The translations under genes and the position numbers were made by a program. Below are positions 1 to 11,649 of a DNA stretch of 64,000 bases, piece by piece. The notes beneath the pieces were generated by a model. It was not told the DNA's origin. It did no database searches and saw only the letters and a program-made list of their open reading frames with translations. The DNA comes from Camelus ferus (Eukaryota). The stretch is from contig NC_045720.1 in the NCBI RefSeq assembly GCF_009834535.1, forward strand, positions 496,001 to 560,000, read 5' to 3'. Within the stretch, counting starts at the first letter, position 1, and each line of letters opens with the position of its first letter.

Positions 1-510
1 AGATGAATATCCCGCCGCTGCTGCCTCCCGGGTCGCTGCCACAAAGCCGTCCTGTGGTCTCCGCCGCGTCCCCGCGCCGGGCCGTGTCGCTCACAGCCAC
101 CCTTACTCGGCTCCTGGGCTGACACGCCGGAGGAAGCCGGGAGCCGCGCAGGCAGCGGGGCGCTGATCTCAGCACTCCCGGCACGCCCCCGTAGGCGCGC
201 CCTTGGCCGATGTCCGCGGGCCCGCCTTGCCGCCCCGCACAAGGTCACCGCGTGCAAAGACGGGAGAGCGCGCGCCCTCGCCTTGAGCTCGCTCCCGGCT
301 CAGACGCACCCGGACACTCCTGGGAGCCAACCCTGCAACCTTGATCCCAGAGACGACGGGCCGCGTGGGGGCGCGCTCTCAGCGTGGAGACCGGAACCAC
401 CGGGCGGGGGCGGGTGAGGGGACAATGGAGTGCCGGGTCCTAATTGGGGACATATGTCCCCGCGCGCGGCCATTGTGCAGCCCGGAACTCCCCGCATCCC
501 CTCGCCTGCC

Positions 511-533
511 ATTGGCCGCTGGGCCTGACGTCA
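511..533. promoter_or_regulatory. CCAAT box (ATTGG) plus perfect CRE palindrome
   Basis: ATTGG at 511-515 and TGACGTCA at 526-533 inside the CpG island. Confidence 0.5.
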
Positions 534-1533
534 ATGGGGGGGGGTTCAAGCTCGGGGCGGGCTGCCGGGGGAAGGGTTATCCGCCTGGTTGCGGGACCGC
601 GTTGGGGAGCTGAAGGAGCGCGGAAGGGCGGAAAACCACCAATGAACCCGAATTTCTAGAGCAAGGTCATAGCAGCCCCTCTCCCCCTTCACACCCCGCT
701 GGCTGCGTCGCCGCTGCGCTCGACCTCCGCCCCTTGGGAGAAAGGCGGGCGTGGAGGAGGCCTCTCCGGCGGGCACGGGGTCAGCCCGGGTGACCGAGTG
801 GCAGCGAGACACTGCGGCACAGGGCGCGCGCAGCTCTTCCACACTGCACTTTCGCTGCCTCAGCATTCGCGCCTTTGCCTCCCGCCTCCCCCACCTGCCC
901 CCGCAGATCCCTCTCCTCCACACCCGAAAGCTAGGCTGGCCGGATCATTCTGGGGTCCGCCCTGCGTTCCTTCCCCCACGGTTCCAGGTTGGGGCTCGTG
1001 GGTCCCAGGCCTGTTTCCACCTCTTCCCCACCCCCGACAATGCTGCAGACCGCTGGGCCTCCGTTCCCGGAGCCTCCCGAGGGAACTCCACACAAGCAAG
1101 GGGCCGCGGAACCCCCAAGACCCCTCCCAGGAGACCCTGGCTGGGGCCTGGCCCAGCGCAGCCATTTCCGCCATCCTCTCCCCCACACCTCCCTCCCCCT
1201 CCTGCAGCTCCTGGGCTTTAAAAGCCGGAGGCTGGGCCGGGCCGCAGGCAGAGGCGGCCGCGGGTGCAGGAGGCTGGGCCCAAAAGCTGTCTGAGCGTCG
1301 AGCCCCGCCCCTGGAGCCCCCGTCCCTCCCTCCCACCTTCCCTCGGCCCGCCCTCCCTGCGCACCCCTCCCCCCGAGGACCCCCGCCCCCCTCCCGCCGC
1401 CGCCGCCGCCGCCGCTCGCTCCGGCTGCAGAACAATAAAGCAAGCCTCCCAGAGACCCCCACCGAGGACCCCCGCCCGGAGGCCGAGCCCCGGCGGCCCG
1501 CCCCTTGCCGCCTGCGCCGGCTGAGTGCGCCCG

Positions 1534-1554
1534 GTCGCTGGCCGAGGTGCTGGC
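1534..1554 (-). promoter_or_regulatory. Degenerate RE1/NRSE (REST site)
   Basis: Reverse complement GCCAGCACCTCGGCCAGCGAC matches 16/21 of consensus TTCAGCACCACGGACAGCGCC. Confidence 0.5.
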
Positions 1555-1560
1555 CGGGCC

Positions 1561-1581
1561 GGCGCTGGCCGCGGTGCTGAA
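1561..1581 (-). promoter_or_regulatory. RE1/NRSE (REST binding site)
   Basis: Reverse complement TTCAGCACCGCGGCCAGCGCC matches 19/21 of the RE1 consensus, ~540 bp upstream of the ATG of neuron-specific SCRT1. Confidence 0.8.
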
Positions 1582-2119
1582 GCTGCTGGTGCTCCTGCCG
1601 CCGCCGCGTTCTGCCGGCCCGGTGCTGCCACCCCCGGGGGCATGGGGGGTCGCTGACTGAGGCTCCGACGCGGCGGCGGCGGGGAGGGGAAGGGGGCCGC
1701 GGAGCCGGGCCAGCCCTGCACCCACGCTTAGCCTCCAGGCCCGGGACGGAGCCGCTCCCCCCCTCCNNNNNNNNNNNNNNNNNNNNNNNNNNNNNNNNNN
1801 NNNNNNNNNNNNNNNNNNNNNNNNNNNNNNNNNNNNNNNNNNNNNNNNNNNNNNNNNNNNNNNNNNNNNNNNNNNNNNNNNNNNNNNNNNNNNNNNNNNN
1901 NNNNNNNNNNNNNNCTATGGAGTAGAAGAGGAGGAAACACAGGACAGGAAGGCAGGCAGGAGGAGAGAGGACAGCACTCGTGCGGCAGCATCCAAAGGCC
2001 AGAGTGGGGACCCGTGCTGCTTCCGCCGCTCCTCGGATGGTGACGGAGCCCCGCCGCGGCCGCAGCCCCCCCCGCGTCCCGGCTCCGCAGGCCTACAGCG
2101 CCGGAGCCCTGCAGGAATC

Positions 2120-5100
2120 ATGCCCAGATCCTTCCTGGTCAAGAAGGTCAAACTTGACACGTTCTCCTCGGCAGACCTCGAGAGCTCCTACGGGCGCGCC
2201 CGAAGCGACCTCGGCGTGCGACTGCAGGAGAAAGGTGCGAGCTGGCATGAGGCTGGGGGCTGCGAGGGGCCCAGGGCAATGCTGGAAGGGGTAGGGGGCC
2301 AGAGTGTGGGGCTGGAGGGAGCAGGAGCCCCAGGAAATAGATCCGAGGAAACCAGAACCAGCAGGAGGCGGTGGCTGGAGCAGGACTTGGTTGGGGGGGA
2401 GGAGATGGGGGTGGGGAGAGGGGAGCCCAGATGCAGGCCAGAGCCAAGCCAAAGGTGGCAGGGAGAGTGTCAATACAGGAGAGAAGGTGGGGAACAGGGG
2501 TCAGGAACAGGAGGTACTTGAAGGTTCACACAGACCCATACCCTGACCCACGGTGGGACAAACACAGAATGGACACCTGCTGACACGACAGAACCTAGGG
2601 ATGCATCAAACCCACACTCAAAAAACTGGGCCTGCCTCAGAATTCTCTTTGCTTCTTTGGCTACAATTCCAGGACCCCCTCCTAGGAACAGTAGGGAAGT
2701 GCTGAGCGTCAGGGAGTAGCCATGTGGTCCAGTGGGGGCCGCCCACCTGTCTGGCAAAGGTACCAGCAGAGACAGCAGCTGTGTCCTTCCTTGAAGCCTG
2801 GGTCAGGGAGAAGGGTGTGGGTAGGTGGGCTGTGGGCACAGGAGGTCCAAAGTGCTGGAGATAGGGGGAGGTTCTTTGTGTAAGGGTGCCCAAATTCAAG
2901 GACAACTGTTAGCATGCAGGCAAGGAGGCTGGGAGTGCCAGCAGCCTGGGGTGATAAAACAAGTGTGACCTGCAGGAGCATAAGCCTGTGTGTGAGCCTG
3001 TGTGCGCCCATGTGACTGCATGTGGCCATGTGACTGTGCGCTTGTGTGTGACCCTGTATGAGTGTGTGCCTGCCTGTGTGCCACTACATGGGACCATGTG
3101 ACTCTGAGGCCATTATGCACCCATGTGACTGGTGACCCTGGTGGAGAGTGTGTTGGGGTGCTTGACCCTGCATGAGTAGGTGGCATATGCCTGGATCAGG
3201 GCTCTGCCCAACCTGAGGGGACTCCAGGGTTGACAGTGTCTGAGAGAGTGGGTGTAACACCGAAGAAGACAGAGTCTGTATCGTGTGGGATGTGCATTTG
3301 TGACTCTGAGATCCATCTCATGCCTTGAGAACAACTGCAGTTACCAGCATGAAGAATGCTGCCTGCCTGCAGTTTGTCCCTGTGAAGGTGTCCCCTGGTG
3401 GACACCCTGGCTCCGTCTCCAGCACAGCGTCTTCCTGGTCACCCTCCTGGGGCTTGGGAAGACCCCCACGAAGGATTGGGGCCTGGGGGAAGAGGGCAAA
3501 GTAGAACAAGGTAGGACCCAAGGGTACAGGATGATCTGACTGAAGGGAGTGAGGGGAGAAGCAGAGTGGATGGAGGGAGAGGGTTTGGAGTTGAAGGGGA
3601 TCCAGTCTCGTGAGTAGAGGGAGACCTGGGAGATGAAAGGGAGGTGCTAGATTGGCTGCGGGAGGAATAAGCCTCCAGGGCTTGTTGGTGGACCTAAAGC
3701 ACTAGAGATGGGCAGCATCAAGGCTGGGCGCAGGTTGCCGCCGGCCGGGTGTAAGAGTTAGTGGGAACTACCAGAGCGGGAGCCACGGGGTCCCTGGACA
3801 GGCAGCCCTGGCTTTGTGCGCTGCGGGTCTGCAGTGTGTTGCATAATCAGGGAAAACTGCTGAAGTGGGGAAACCCGAAGGGGGGGAGAGGGGGAGGGGG
3901 AGCAGAGTGGGGAGGAGGGGAAGGAGGGCGAGGAAAGCGCCGCCCCTCCCCCCTGACCTTGAAGCTCCGCAGAAGGAGGGGGGTAGCCGCACCCGAAGAT
4001 GCGACTCTCCTTCTCCTGCGAGGGTGGGGCGGGCGGGTGGCGGGGCGGAGCCGGGGCCTGTCTCATCTCTCCTTTCCTCTCTTCCCCTCCCTGCCGTCTC
4101 CATCCTCCCTGCCCCGCCGTCCCTCGGTCCCTTGTCCTTTGTCCTCTTCGTTGTTTGCTCCTTCCCGGACCTCGTGTCTCCTGCCGCCCGCCCGCGTGTG
4201 TCTCTCTTGCTGCTCCATTCCCCTCCCGCTGTCTGCTTGTCTGTTCGCCTCGGTTCTCAGGATACCTCAACGACTACGCGGGGCCCGCCTCCGTCTACGA
4301 TGGCGACGCCGAGGCGGACTTGCTCAAAGGGCCATCCCCGGAGCCTATGTACGCTGCGGCCGTGCGGGGAGAGCTGGGCCCGGCGGCTGCGGGTTCGGCG
4401 CCGCCGCCCACCCCGCGCCCGGAGCTGGCCACAGCCGCGGGTGGCTACATCAACGGCGACGCGGCGGTTAGCGAAGGCTATGCTGCCGACGCCTTCTTCA
4501 TCACCGACGGGCGCTCCCGCCGTAAGGCTGCCAACGCCGCCGCCGCCCCCTCCACGGCCTCGGCGGCGGCCCCCGACGGCGACGGCGGAGGCGGGGCCGG
4601 GGTGGGCGCCCGTGGTGCAGGGTCTGGGCCCGGAGGGCGGGGCGGCGCACGCGCGGGGGCAGGCACCGAGGCGCGCGCGGGGCCCGGGGCCGGCAGCGCG
4701 GGAGGCCGGCACGCCTGCGGCGAGTGCGGCAAAACGTACGCCACGTCGTCGAATCTGAGCCGCCACAAGCAGACACACCGCANNNNNNNNNNNNNNNNNN
4801 NNNNNNNNNNNNNNNNNNNNNNNNNNNNNNNNNNNNNNNNNNNNNNNNNNNNNNNNNNNNNNNNNNNNNNNNNNNNNNNNNNNNNNNNNNNNNNNNNNNN
4901 NNNNNNNNNNNNNNNNNNNNNNNNNNNNNNNNNNNNNNNNNNNNNNNNNNNNNNNNNNNNNNNNNNNNNNNNNNNNNNNNNNNNNNNNNNNNNNNNNNNN
5001 NNNNNNNNNNNNNNNNNNNNNNNNNNNNNNNNNNNNNNNNNNNNNNNNNNNNNNNNNNNNNNNNNNNNNNNNNNNNNNNNNNNNNNNNNNNNNNNNNNNN

Positions 5101-5198
5101 NNNNNNNNNNNNNNNNNNNNNNNNNNNNNNNNNNNNNNAGCGGCCCCCCGGCCCCGGCCCCTGCCGCGCCGCCGCAGCTCAGCCCAGTGCAGGCCTAG
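2120..5198 (+). CDS. SCRT1: Transcriptional repressor scratch 1 (SNAG domain + C2H2 zinc fingers)
   Basis: Exon 1 is 2120-2234 (MPRSFLVKK SNAG motif, GT donor at 2235). Exon 2 is 4261-5198 (YLNDYAGP...first finger CGECGKTYATSSNLSRHKQTH...PQLSPVQA*). Total 1053 nt = 350 aa if the N gap at 4783-5138 has the correct length; the remaining fingers lie in the gap. Confidence 0.96.
4783..5138. other. Assembly gap (N run) within SCRT1 exon 2
   Basis: 356 N. Other N runs: 1767-1914, 5267-5416, 6444-6590, 7381-7584, 7670-7801, 59187-59380. Confidence 1.
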
Positions 5199-6342
5199 AG
5201 CCGCGGTGCCTCCGCCAGCCGGGTCGGCTCTCAGCAATACGGGCCCCCAGGGAGGTCTCCGCCGGCNNNNNNNNNNNNNNNNNNNNNNNNNNNNNNNNNN
5301 NNNNNNNNNNNNNNNNNNNNNNNNNNNNNNNNNNNNNNNNNNNNNNNNNNNNNNNNNNNNNNNNNNNNNNNNNNNNNNNNNNNNNNNNNNNNNNNNNNNN
5401 NNNNNNNNNNNNNNNNCAGGGTGCCCCAGGCTTTTACCCAGCAATAGGGTCGAGGAGATCCTGAACCGAACCTCATCTCCGAGTTAGGTCTCTGAAGACC
5501 CGGGTAGGGTGAGGTAGGGAGCGCCCCCTCCTGCCTCTTCTGCGCCCCTGGATCGCGTCGCAGAGACTCAGGTCTTCCCCACCCCTTCCCAAGCCTTCCA
5601 GGGCCAGGCCTGCGGCCTAGACGTCCAGGGAGCCGGTCCCTCCCCGGCAACAGGTCGGGGAGGAGCAGGATGGGGGCTGCAGAGACGTCCCTACTCCTCA
5701 GTGTTCGTTGAACCCCGGGAGTGTTAGACGCGTTGGGGATCGGGGAGGGGGGCGGATGGCGGCACCTCTCTCCCTCGGGTTCCTTCTGGGGCCTCAATCC
5801 GAGCCGCTCTCCAACCCTTGCCTCGCATCCTCTGCCAAATCCGAATTCTTCCAGCCCTGCTTCCCGGGCTCTGTCGTCCATAACGAATAATAATGACGCA
5901 TATCAAATCGCATGGACTTATCCGACCTCCTCAGACCCCGCTCCTGCCCTGCCCCGGGACCCCCTCCCTCGTACCCGGGCATTCGGTGTTGGAGAACGGA
6001 TTCCTGGGGCCCGGCAGGCAGCCCTGGGCACGGCCCTCCACACCTCTCTGTATTCGCTTTGCGGGTAAAGCCCCCTAGGGGGGGTTGCGGATGCGTCGGG
6101 TTCCTTTCTTTCCTGTATTTGTACGTTTTATTTATGAACGGATTGCACTCGGGTCAGGGAAGGGGCGCTGAGGCCCCTGTCCTTCCCGCCGACGCCGGGG
6201 GCTTGGGATGTCCAGGATCACTTTCCCCGCCCCTGAACCCCTCCCTACCTGGGCGCCTCTTGGGAGCCTCAGGCCCCGCCCTCACTCTGTTGCCAACTTA
6301 CGCCCGTCTATGCCAAAGCCTCGGCGGTGACCCCGCCCCAAG

Positions 6343-6377
6343 GGCCCGCCCCATTGGCCGCCGCCTTTGTGACGTCA
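6343..6377. promoter_or_regulatory. GC box + CCAAT box + CRE module downstream of the SCRT1 stop
   Basis: GGCCCGCCC at ~6343-6351, ATTGG at 6353-6357, TGACGTCA at 6370-6377. Confidence 0.4.
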
Positions 6378-7052
6378 CTGCATGCAGCCCCAACCCTCCT
6401 CCTGTCCCTTCCCGGGGCTGCCCGTTCCCTGTCCCTCTTAGTTNNNNNNNNNNNNNNNNNNNNNNNNNNNNNNNNNNNNNNNNNNNNNNNNNNNNNNNNN
6501 NNNNNNNNNNNNNNNNNNNNNNNNNNNNNNNNNNNNNNNNNNNNNNNNNNNNNNNNNNNNNNNNNNNNNNNNNNNNNNNNNNNNNNNNNNTTCTTCCTCC
6601 TCCTCTTCCCTCCCCCCCTCCCTCCCACGGCAGAGGCCGGCAGGTGTAATGGTTCCAGGGGCAGGGGCAGGGTGGTTGCCCCCCAAGGCCCCTCCTTCAT
6701 TTGTACATCACCCACTGACCGTTCATTAGGCATTTATCATGTGCCAGGCCCACTGCTGAGTCCACCTGGGATCCGGCGACCTGCAGGGGGTGTATGTTCT
6801 TGACAGGAGCCCAACGGGCTTGGGTGGGCCAGGGATGGCGGCAGATGCAGAGAGCCGCGGTCCCTAGACCCCAACCTTGGGCCCCTCACTCCTCCCCACT
6901 GTAGCCCGGGGCCAGTGCTCGGCACGGTGGGGCTCTGCCTTTGACTTGGGTTCTCAGCTCAGGTGGCACAGACCCAGGGCCCCAAGGCCCAGTGCCACCA
7001 GGACCCACATACTAACTCCCATTCCTTCCATCCCCTGGCAGCGGCGGCTCTG

Positions 7053-7109
7053 CCATGTCAGGCCAGGGCCCCAGGCCACACGAAAAGGTGCCCACTGGAG
7101 TGTATTACC
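7053..7109 (+). repeat. Dispersed direct repeat, copy 1 (copy 2 at 8293-8348)
   Basis: 28 identical bases CCATGTCAGGCCAGGGCCCCAGGCCACA, followed by near-identical GAAA(A)GGTGCCC..TGGAG.GTATTACC in both copies. Confidence 0.85.
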
Positions 7110-10100
7110 AGGCTGGCCCCATCCCCGTGGGTATCAAGCCCGGCTGCCATCCAGCTGCACCCGCAGGGGCCAGCGGGCCCGAAGGCCCATCATAGCAGGG
7201 CCATGTCCAAACCCTTTATATCCCAGCTCGGTATTCACACAGCTCCCAAGCCGCGGCCTGCCCGCCTGTGCCGGGCACACCCGCATGCACACGCACATAC
7301 AGGCATCCCACCATACCCCACACGCCTATCTACCTACCTAAGGAGAAGGCTGGAGGGCCGTGAGCCGGCCAGGGTCTCCCNNNNNNNNNNNNNNNNNNNN
7401 NNNNNNNNNNNNNNNNNNNNNNNNNNNNNNNNNNNNNNNNNNNNNNNNNNNNNNNNNNNNNNNNNNNNNNNNNNNNNNNNNNNNNNNNNNNNNNNNNNNN
7501 NNNNNNNNNNNNNNNNNNNNNNNNNNNNNNNNNNNNNNNNNNNNNNNNNNNNNNNNNNNNNNNNNNNNNNNNNNNNNNNNNNNNTGCCTGTGCCCCGCCG
7601 CCTTGTACATACTCCCACCCGGAACAGGCCGGGATTTTTACTCGGGCCGCGCCCCTCTTCCGCCCCCGTNNNNNNNNNNNNNNNNNNNNNNNNNNNNNNN
7701 NNNNNNNNNNNNNNNNNNNNNNNNNNNNNNNNNNNNNNNNNNNNNNNNNNNNNNNNNNNNNNNNNNNNNNNNNNNNNNNNNNNNNNNNNNNNNNNNNNNN
7801 NGGCTGATGTATACAGGGCTGGGCCGGTGCTGCAGGGTGTGCTGGGGACGCCTGCAGCGGGGTGGGGGTGGGGAGGCGCGCCTTCCTGGTCCTGCCACAC
7901 ATCAGAGGCCCGGCAGGTGCAGGCCCAGCAAGGGGACTGGCAGCCTCCCCAGGAGGCCCTGAAGTCACGCCAGTACACTTTGCTAGGCTGCACCCGTGTC
8001 CCCTTTTGCAAGAAGTTAGTCTTTCACCTGGAGGGCCGACTTGGCAGGCTAAGCACGAGCGCCCACCCCTGAAGGCAAAGCGGTTGGCATTGCTCCGGTG
8101 GCAGGTGAATCTGCTCTGTGCCAGGAACGGGGGAGCTGAGGGACTCCAGCCTTCAGCCAGGCCCAGCCCAGGACTGATCTAGAATGGCCAGAGTAGGTAC
8201 CACAGGGCCCACAGTCCTATGGCCTTGGGTGCCCCCACTCTGTAGGAGCTCCTGCTGCCCCTGCAGGCCTGGCAGCCACAGCAAGCCTTCCTCCATGTCA
8301 GGCCAGGGCCCCAGGCCACATGAAAGGTGCCCGTTGGAGCGTATTACCTAGAGGACATGGGGACTACAGAAGTGGTGAGGTCTGACACTTTCCTGTAGCC
8401 TGCTGTCCACATTCTGACTCCCAAACTCAGGGGATGCGTTCCCCTACTGTCTGAGGAGGCCTCCAGAGACAGCTGGGCCAGGCTGGTTCTGGGGAAGAGG
8501 TGCCCAGGGGAAACAGAAGCTTCCACAGTTACTCACAACCCTCGGGCTCCAGACAGGATGAGTCTAGTTGAGGAGACACGGGCAGAGCTGTGCTGGGCTC
8601 AGACAGCCCAGGGAAATGGACCCTTCTGCCGAGCAAATGTCCCCATGCACTCAGGCATGTAGGCAAGAGCTGAGAGGCCTAAAATCTTTGGGGACGGGTA
8701 GTCAAAGCAGGTTAGCCCAGGGCCAGCACAGCTGTCTACACCCTGGCAGGAGACAAGCCCACCCAGACTCTACTGGTATGGACAGCGGGGGGAGCCTGAT
8801 CAGCAGCAGGTCACAGCCTGTGGGCCGGCTGCTCAAGATGGGGCTCACAGCAGGGTGGGTGACCCCTTCTGGGGAGCACTGTCAGCCTTAATCTCAGGAG
8901 TGAAAGCCCCTGGCACTGCTGGAGGTCAGGCCCTCTGGCTCAGAAGTCCTTGACTTTCAGAGTCCCAGGTTAGGTAGGCAGCACTGCCTAATTTGCATAT
9001 GAAGAATATGAGCCTCAGAGAGAGAATAGCTGGTCCGAGGGCTTCCCTTGACCAAAGTCCTGCCCCAGTACCCCGCCCACCCTATGCTAGGCTTCACGCC
9101 TGCATGGGTGCCAGCGGCAGGGAGGGGGCCTCCTTAGAGGTCCACTCCTCCTCAGGGCTCCAAAGCTGCTGGGTCTGGACTGACTGTTTCTGCTCCTCTA
9201 GGACTCTGAGGTGTGGCAGGGGAAGGATGGAGGCTGCCTCCCCAGGGCCCTGGATGAGCCCATCCTTGTCTCCATAGGTGTCTGTGGACAGGACTGTGCA
9301 TCCCAGAGAATGGGCAGCACAGGCTTCTGACCTCTGTGTCCAGAGTCTTCTTGCTGGCCGCTCCCCTCCCAGGCCCTCTTGGCCTCCCCAAGTCGCCTCC
9401 AACCTGGAGTCAGCCCAAGGCCTTTTCTAAACTCCCAAACCCTTCAAGCCCTTTATTCGGCCAGGCCCACAAGACTCCTCTCCACGGGCCCAGGCCCCCC
9501 TAATCTGTTGCCGCCTCAGCAAGGAGATTACCCACTGAGCTTTCTTCTACAGCTCCTCACACACATTTGTCCCCAAACAACCCCACCTGCCTTGACCTTC
9601 TCCCTCTCCCCTGGCGCCCTGGGCTGCACCCCACCCAGGATTCTGAGGTGCTGGAGCTGTGGTGGAGGAGCAGGGGTGGTAAGGGGTGGTGATGTAGGCC
9701 CACTTCCCCCCCAGAGGCCGCCCTGCCCATCAACAACAGGCCCCACCTCCATCAAGCAGGCCCCGCCCCTGTTGATGCAGAGGCTCTTCCTCATTGGTTC
9801 GTTCACAGCCCATGCCTTCTCATTGGCCCGAGGCTCTGATTTCCTCCTCTCTCAACGCCAGCGCCGGAACCTTGGTTCCTCCTTGGCCCCTGATCAGATT
9901 GGTCCTCCCTGGTGGCTCCCGGTCCTCTCTGGTCGCCTCACTCCTGCTGCCTCTTGCCAGCCAACGGCTTGGAGCCCGGATGCGGACACAGGCAGCCGCC
10001 TCCAACACTGCCCTTCACTCCTCACTGGCTACCCAACTCAGCCTCTCCGGGCCTACTGGCAGCCTGAGCCATCAATCTTCCCTTCTGCCAATGGAGTGAC

Positions 10101-11089
10101 AGCCCGGCCAGCCCTGTAGTTCTTGGCACTGTACTGGGGGATGGCATGGCCAGGGGAGCAGAGACATGTGGGAGCGTGTGCCTGACTTCCCGCGACCTTC
10201 CAGGAAGTGGGGACCAGGGAGTGGGGAAGGAGGGGCAGAGCTCCCAGGGCTCACCCCTACTCTGTGGGCTCCTAGGTCTTACCTCCCTTGGGATCAGTAC
10301 TCAAAAAGGCCAAGGTCTGCCTGGCCCAGCCCAGCTGATGAACAGATGAGTGTTCTGGCACCCTGGATAGGGGACGAGGCTGGTTGTGACCCACTGAGGC
10401 CAGGCTCTGTGTGCATGCGAGAGGGGTTCTCTCGCCCAATCAGGGAGGACCCTTCAGCAAGGTAGTCTTACCCTGCCAGGTAGGGAGGCCAGGCTGGCAT
10501 CAGCTTCACATGGGCCAGTGACTGCACAACGTGTCATAGGGTCCCAGGTGACTGTCGTGGAGGTGATGGATCAGGAGCTAGCCTGGCGGGAAGGCGGTGG
10601 CCAGTCCATAGGTGAAGCTGCTGACCTCAGGCTGAGCCTCTTGCTTTATTTGCTGTCAGAGGGGCACTCTTCTTGGCCTTGCTAAGGGGAGTGGATGGCC
10701 AGTAGGTTCTGCTGGTAGGGCTGTTTCTTGGGTAAAACCAGGCCTGAGGGGCCCCCCCCCCCCCCCACCGCAGCCTCACATTCGGAGATCCAGAATGTTC
10801 ACACTCCATACTCTGCAAAATGCCACTCAAGCCAAGGTGGGGCATGCACTTCAGGCCGCACCATGCAGTTGTTATAGTGGGTTGGTTGCTTTGTTTAACG
10901 GCTGGATGATTGCATAGACTGCAATGACACTGAAGCCTCCAGGATTCTCATGCCCTGGCAAAACTGGCCTGGGTGGGAAATGGGGGAGGCTCTGCAGGTC
11001 TACAGATGTGGATGGAAGGGGCTGGATGGAGAGGCAGGCCAGTGTGCCCATGGAGGGGGGCAGGACCCTCAGCCCACCCAGGCCCAGCC

Positions 11090-11649
11090 CATTACCCAAC
11101 AAAAGTTTGCGGGCCTGATGCTCGGTGAGGCCAAACAAACCAAAAGGTTGTTTGGAGCAGAGATAGGTTTATTGCAGGGGCAAGCAAGGAGGACGGGTGG
11201 CTCCCGCTTGAAAACCCTGAATTCCTTGATGGTTTTTTGGGGAAAAGTTTTTGTAGACAAGACTTGGCATGAGGGCTGCCGGGTATGTGACTTCCTGATT
11301 GGCTGGTGGCGAGGTAACAGGGCAGCATTCTAGGAATTCGTGCTCAGGCTGAAGTTGCTATCCTTCACCTTGGGGAGCCATAGTTCCAGCAGAACTCAGA
11401 GATACTGTTACCTATGTTCCTTGAGGAGGAACCAGGACCCTGCCACAGGGCTGCACTATTATTTCTTGACTGTTCCTCCTTTGTTTCTGCTTTCCCTCCC
11501 TTCCCAGATTAGCAACTATTTGAATCTGCCCTTTAGAACTCAGGGAAGGTCAAGGAGGCTGAATGAAGCCTATTTCTTACAAACAAGCAATGGCGCACAC
11601 AGAATGGACTTGTACCAGAGAGGACCGCACAGGGTCCTGCTCTATTTCA
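11090..11649 (-). mobile_element. Solo LTR, probably ERV1 class
   Basis: AATAAA on the minus strand (11168-11173), CCAAT on the minus strand (11298-11302), terminal ...TTTCA, and flanks AGCC/GGCC as a possible 4-bp TSD. Resembles laurasiatherian ERV1 LTRs from memory; family not verified. Confidence 0.6.

Larger units (their letters stand above)
1..2300. promoter_or_regulatory. CpG island / SCRT1 upstream regulatory region
   Basis: Very GC- and CpG-dense sequence running into SCRT1 exon 1, with (CCG)7 at 1394-1414. Boundaries approximate; interrupted by the N gap at 1767-1914. Confidence 0.75.

Noticed and set aside
1434-1439. AATAAA in the SCRT1 upstream CpG island
   Set aside because: No upstream exon in the window and no GU-rich downstream element.
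300-1725. Many overlapping 150-265 aa ORFs on both strands upstream of SCRT1
   Set aside because: Low-complexity Pro/Gly/Arg/Ala translations expected from stop-poor CpG-island DNA; no recognisable domain.
3999-4260. N-terminal part of the 399-aa ORF 3999-5198
   Set aside because: Intronic read-through. The real exon starts at the AG acceptor at 4260/4261.
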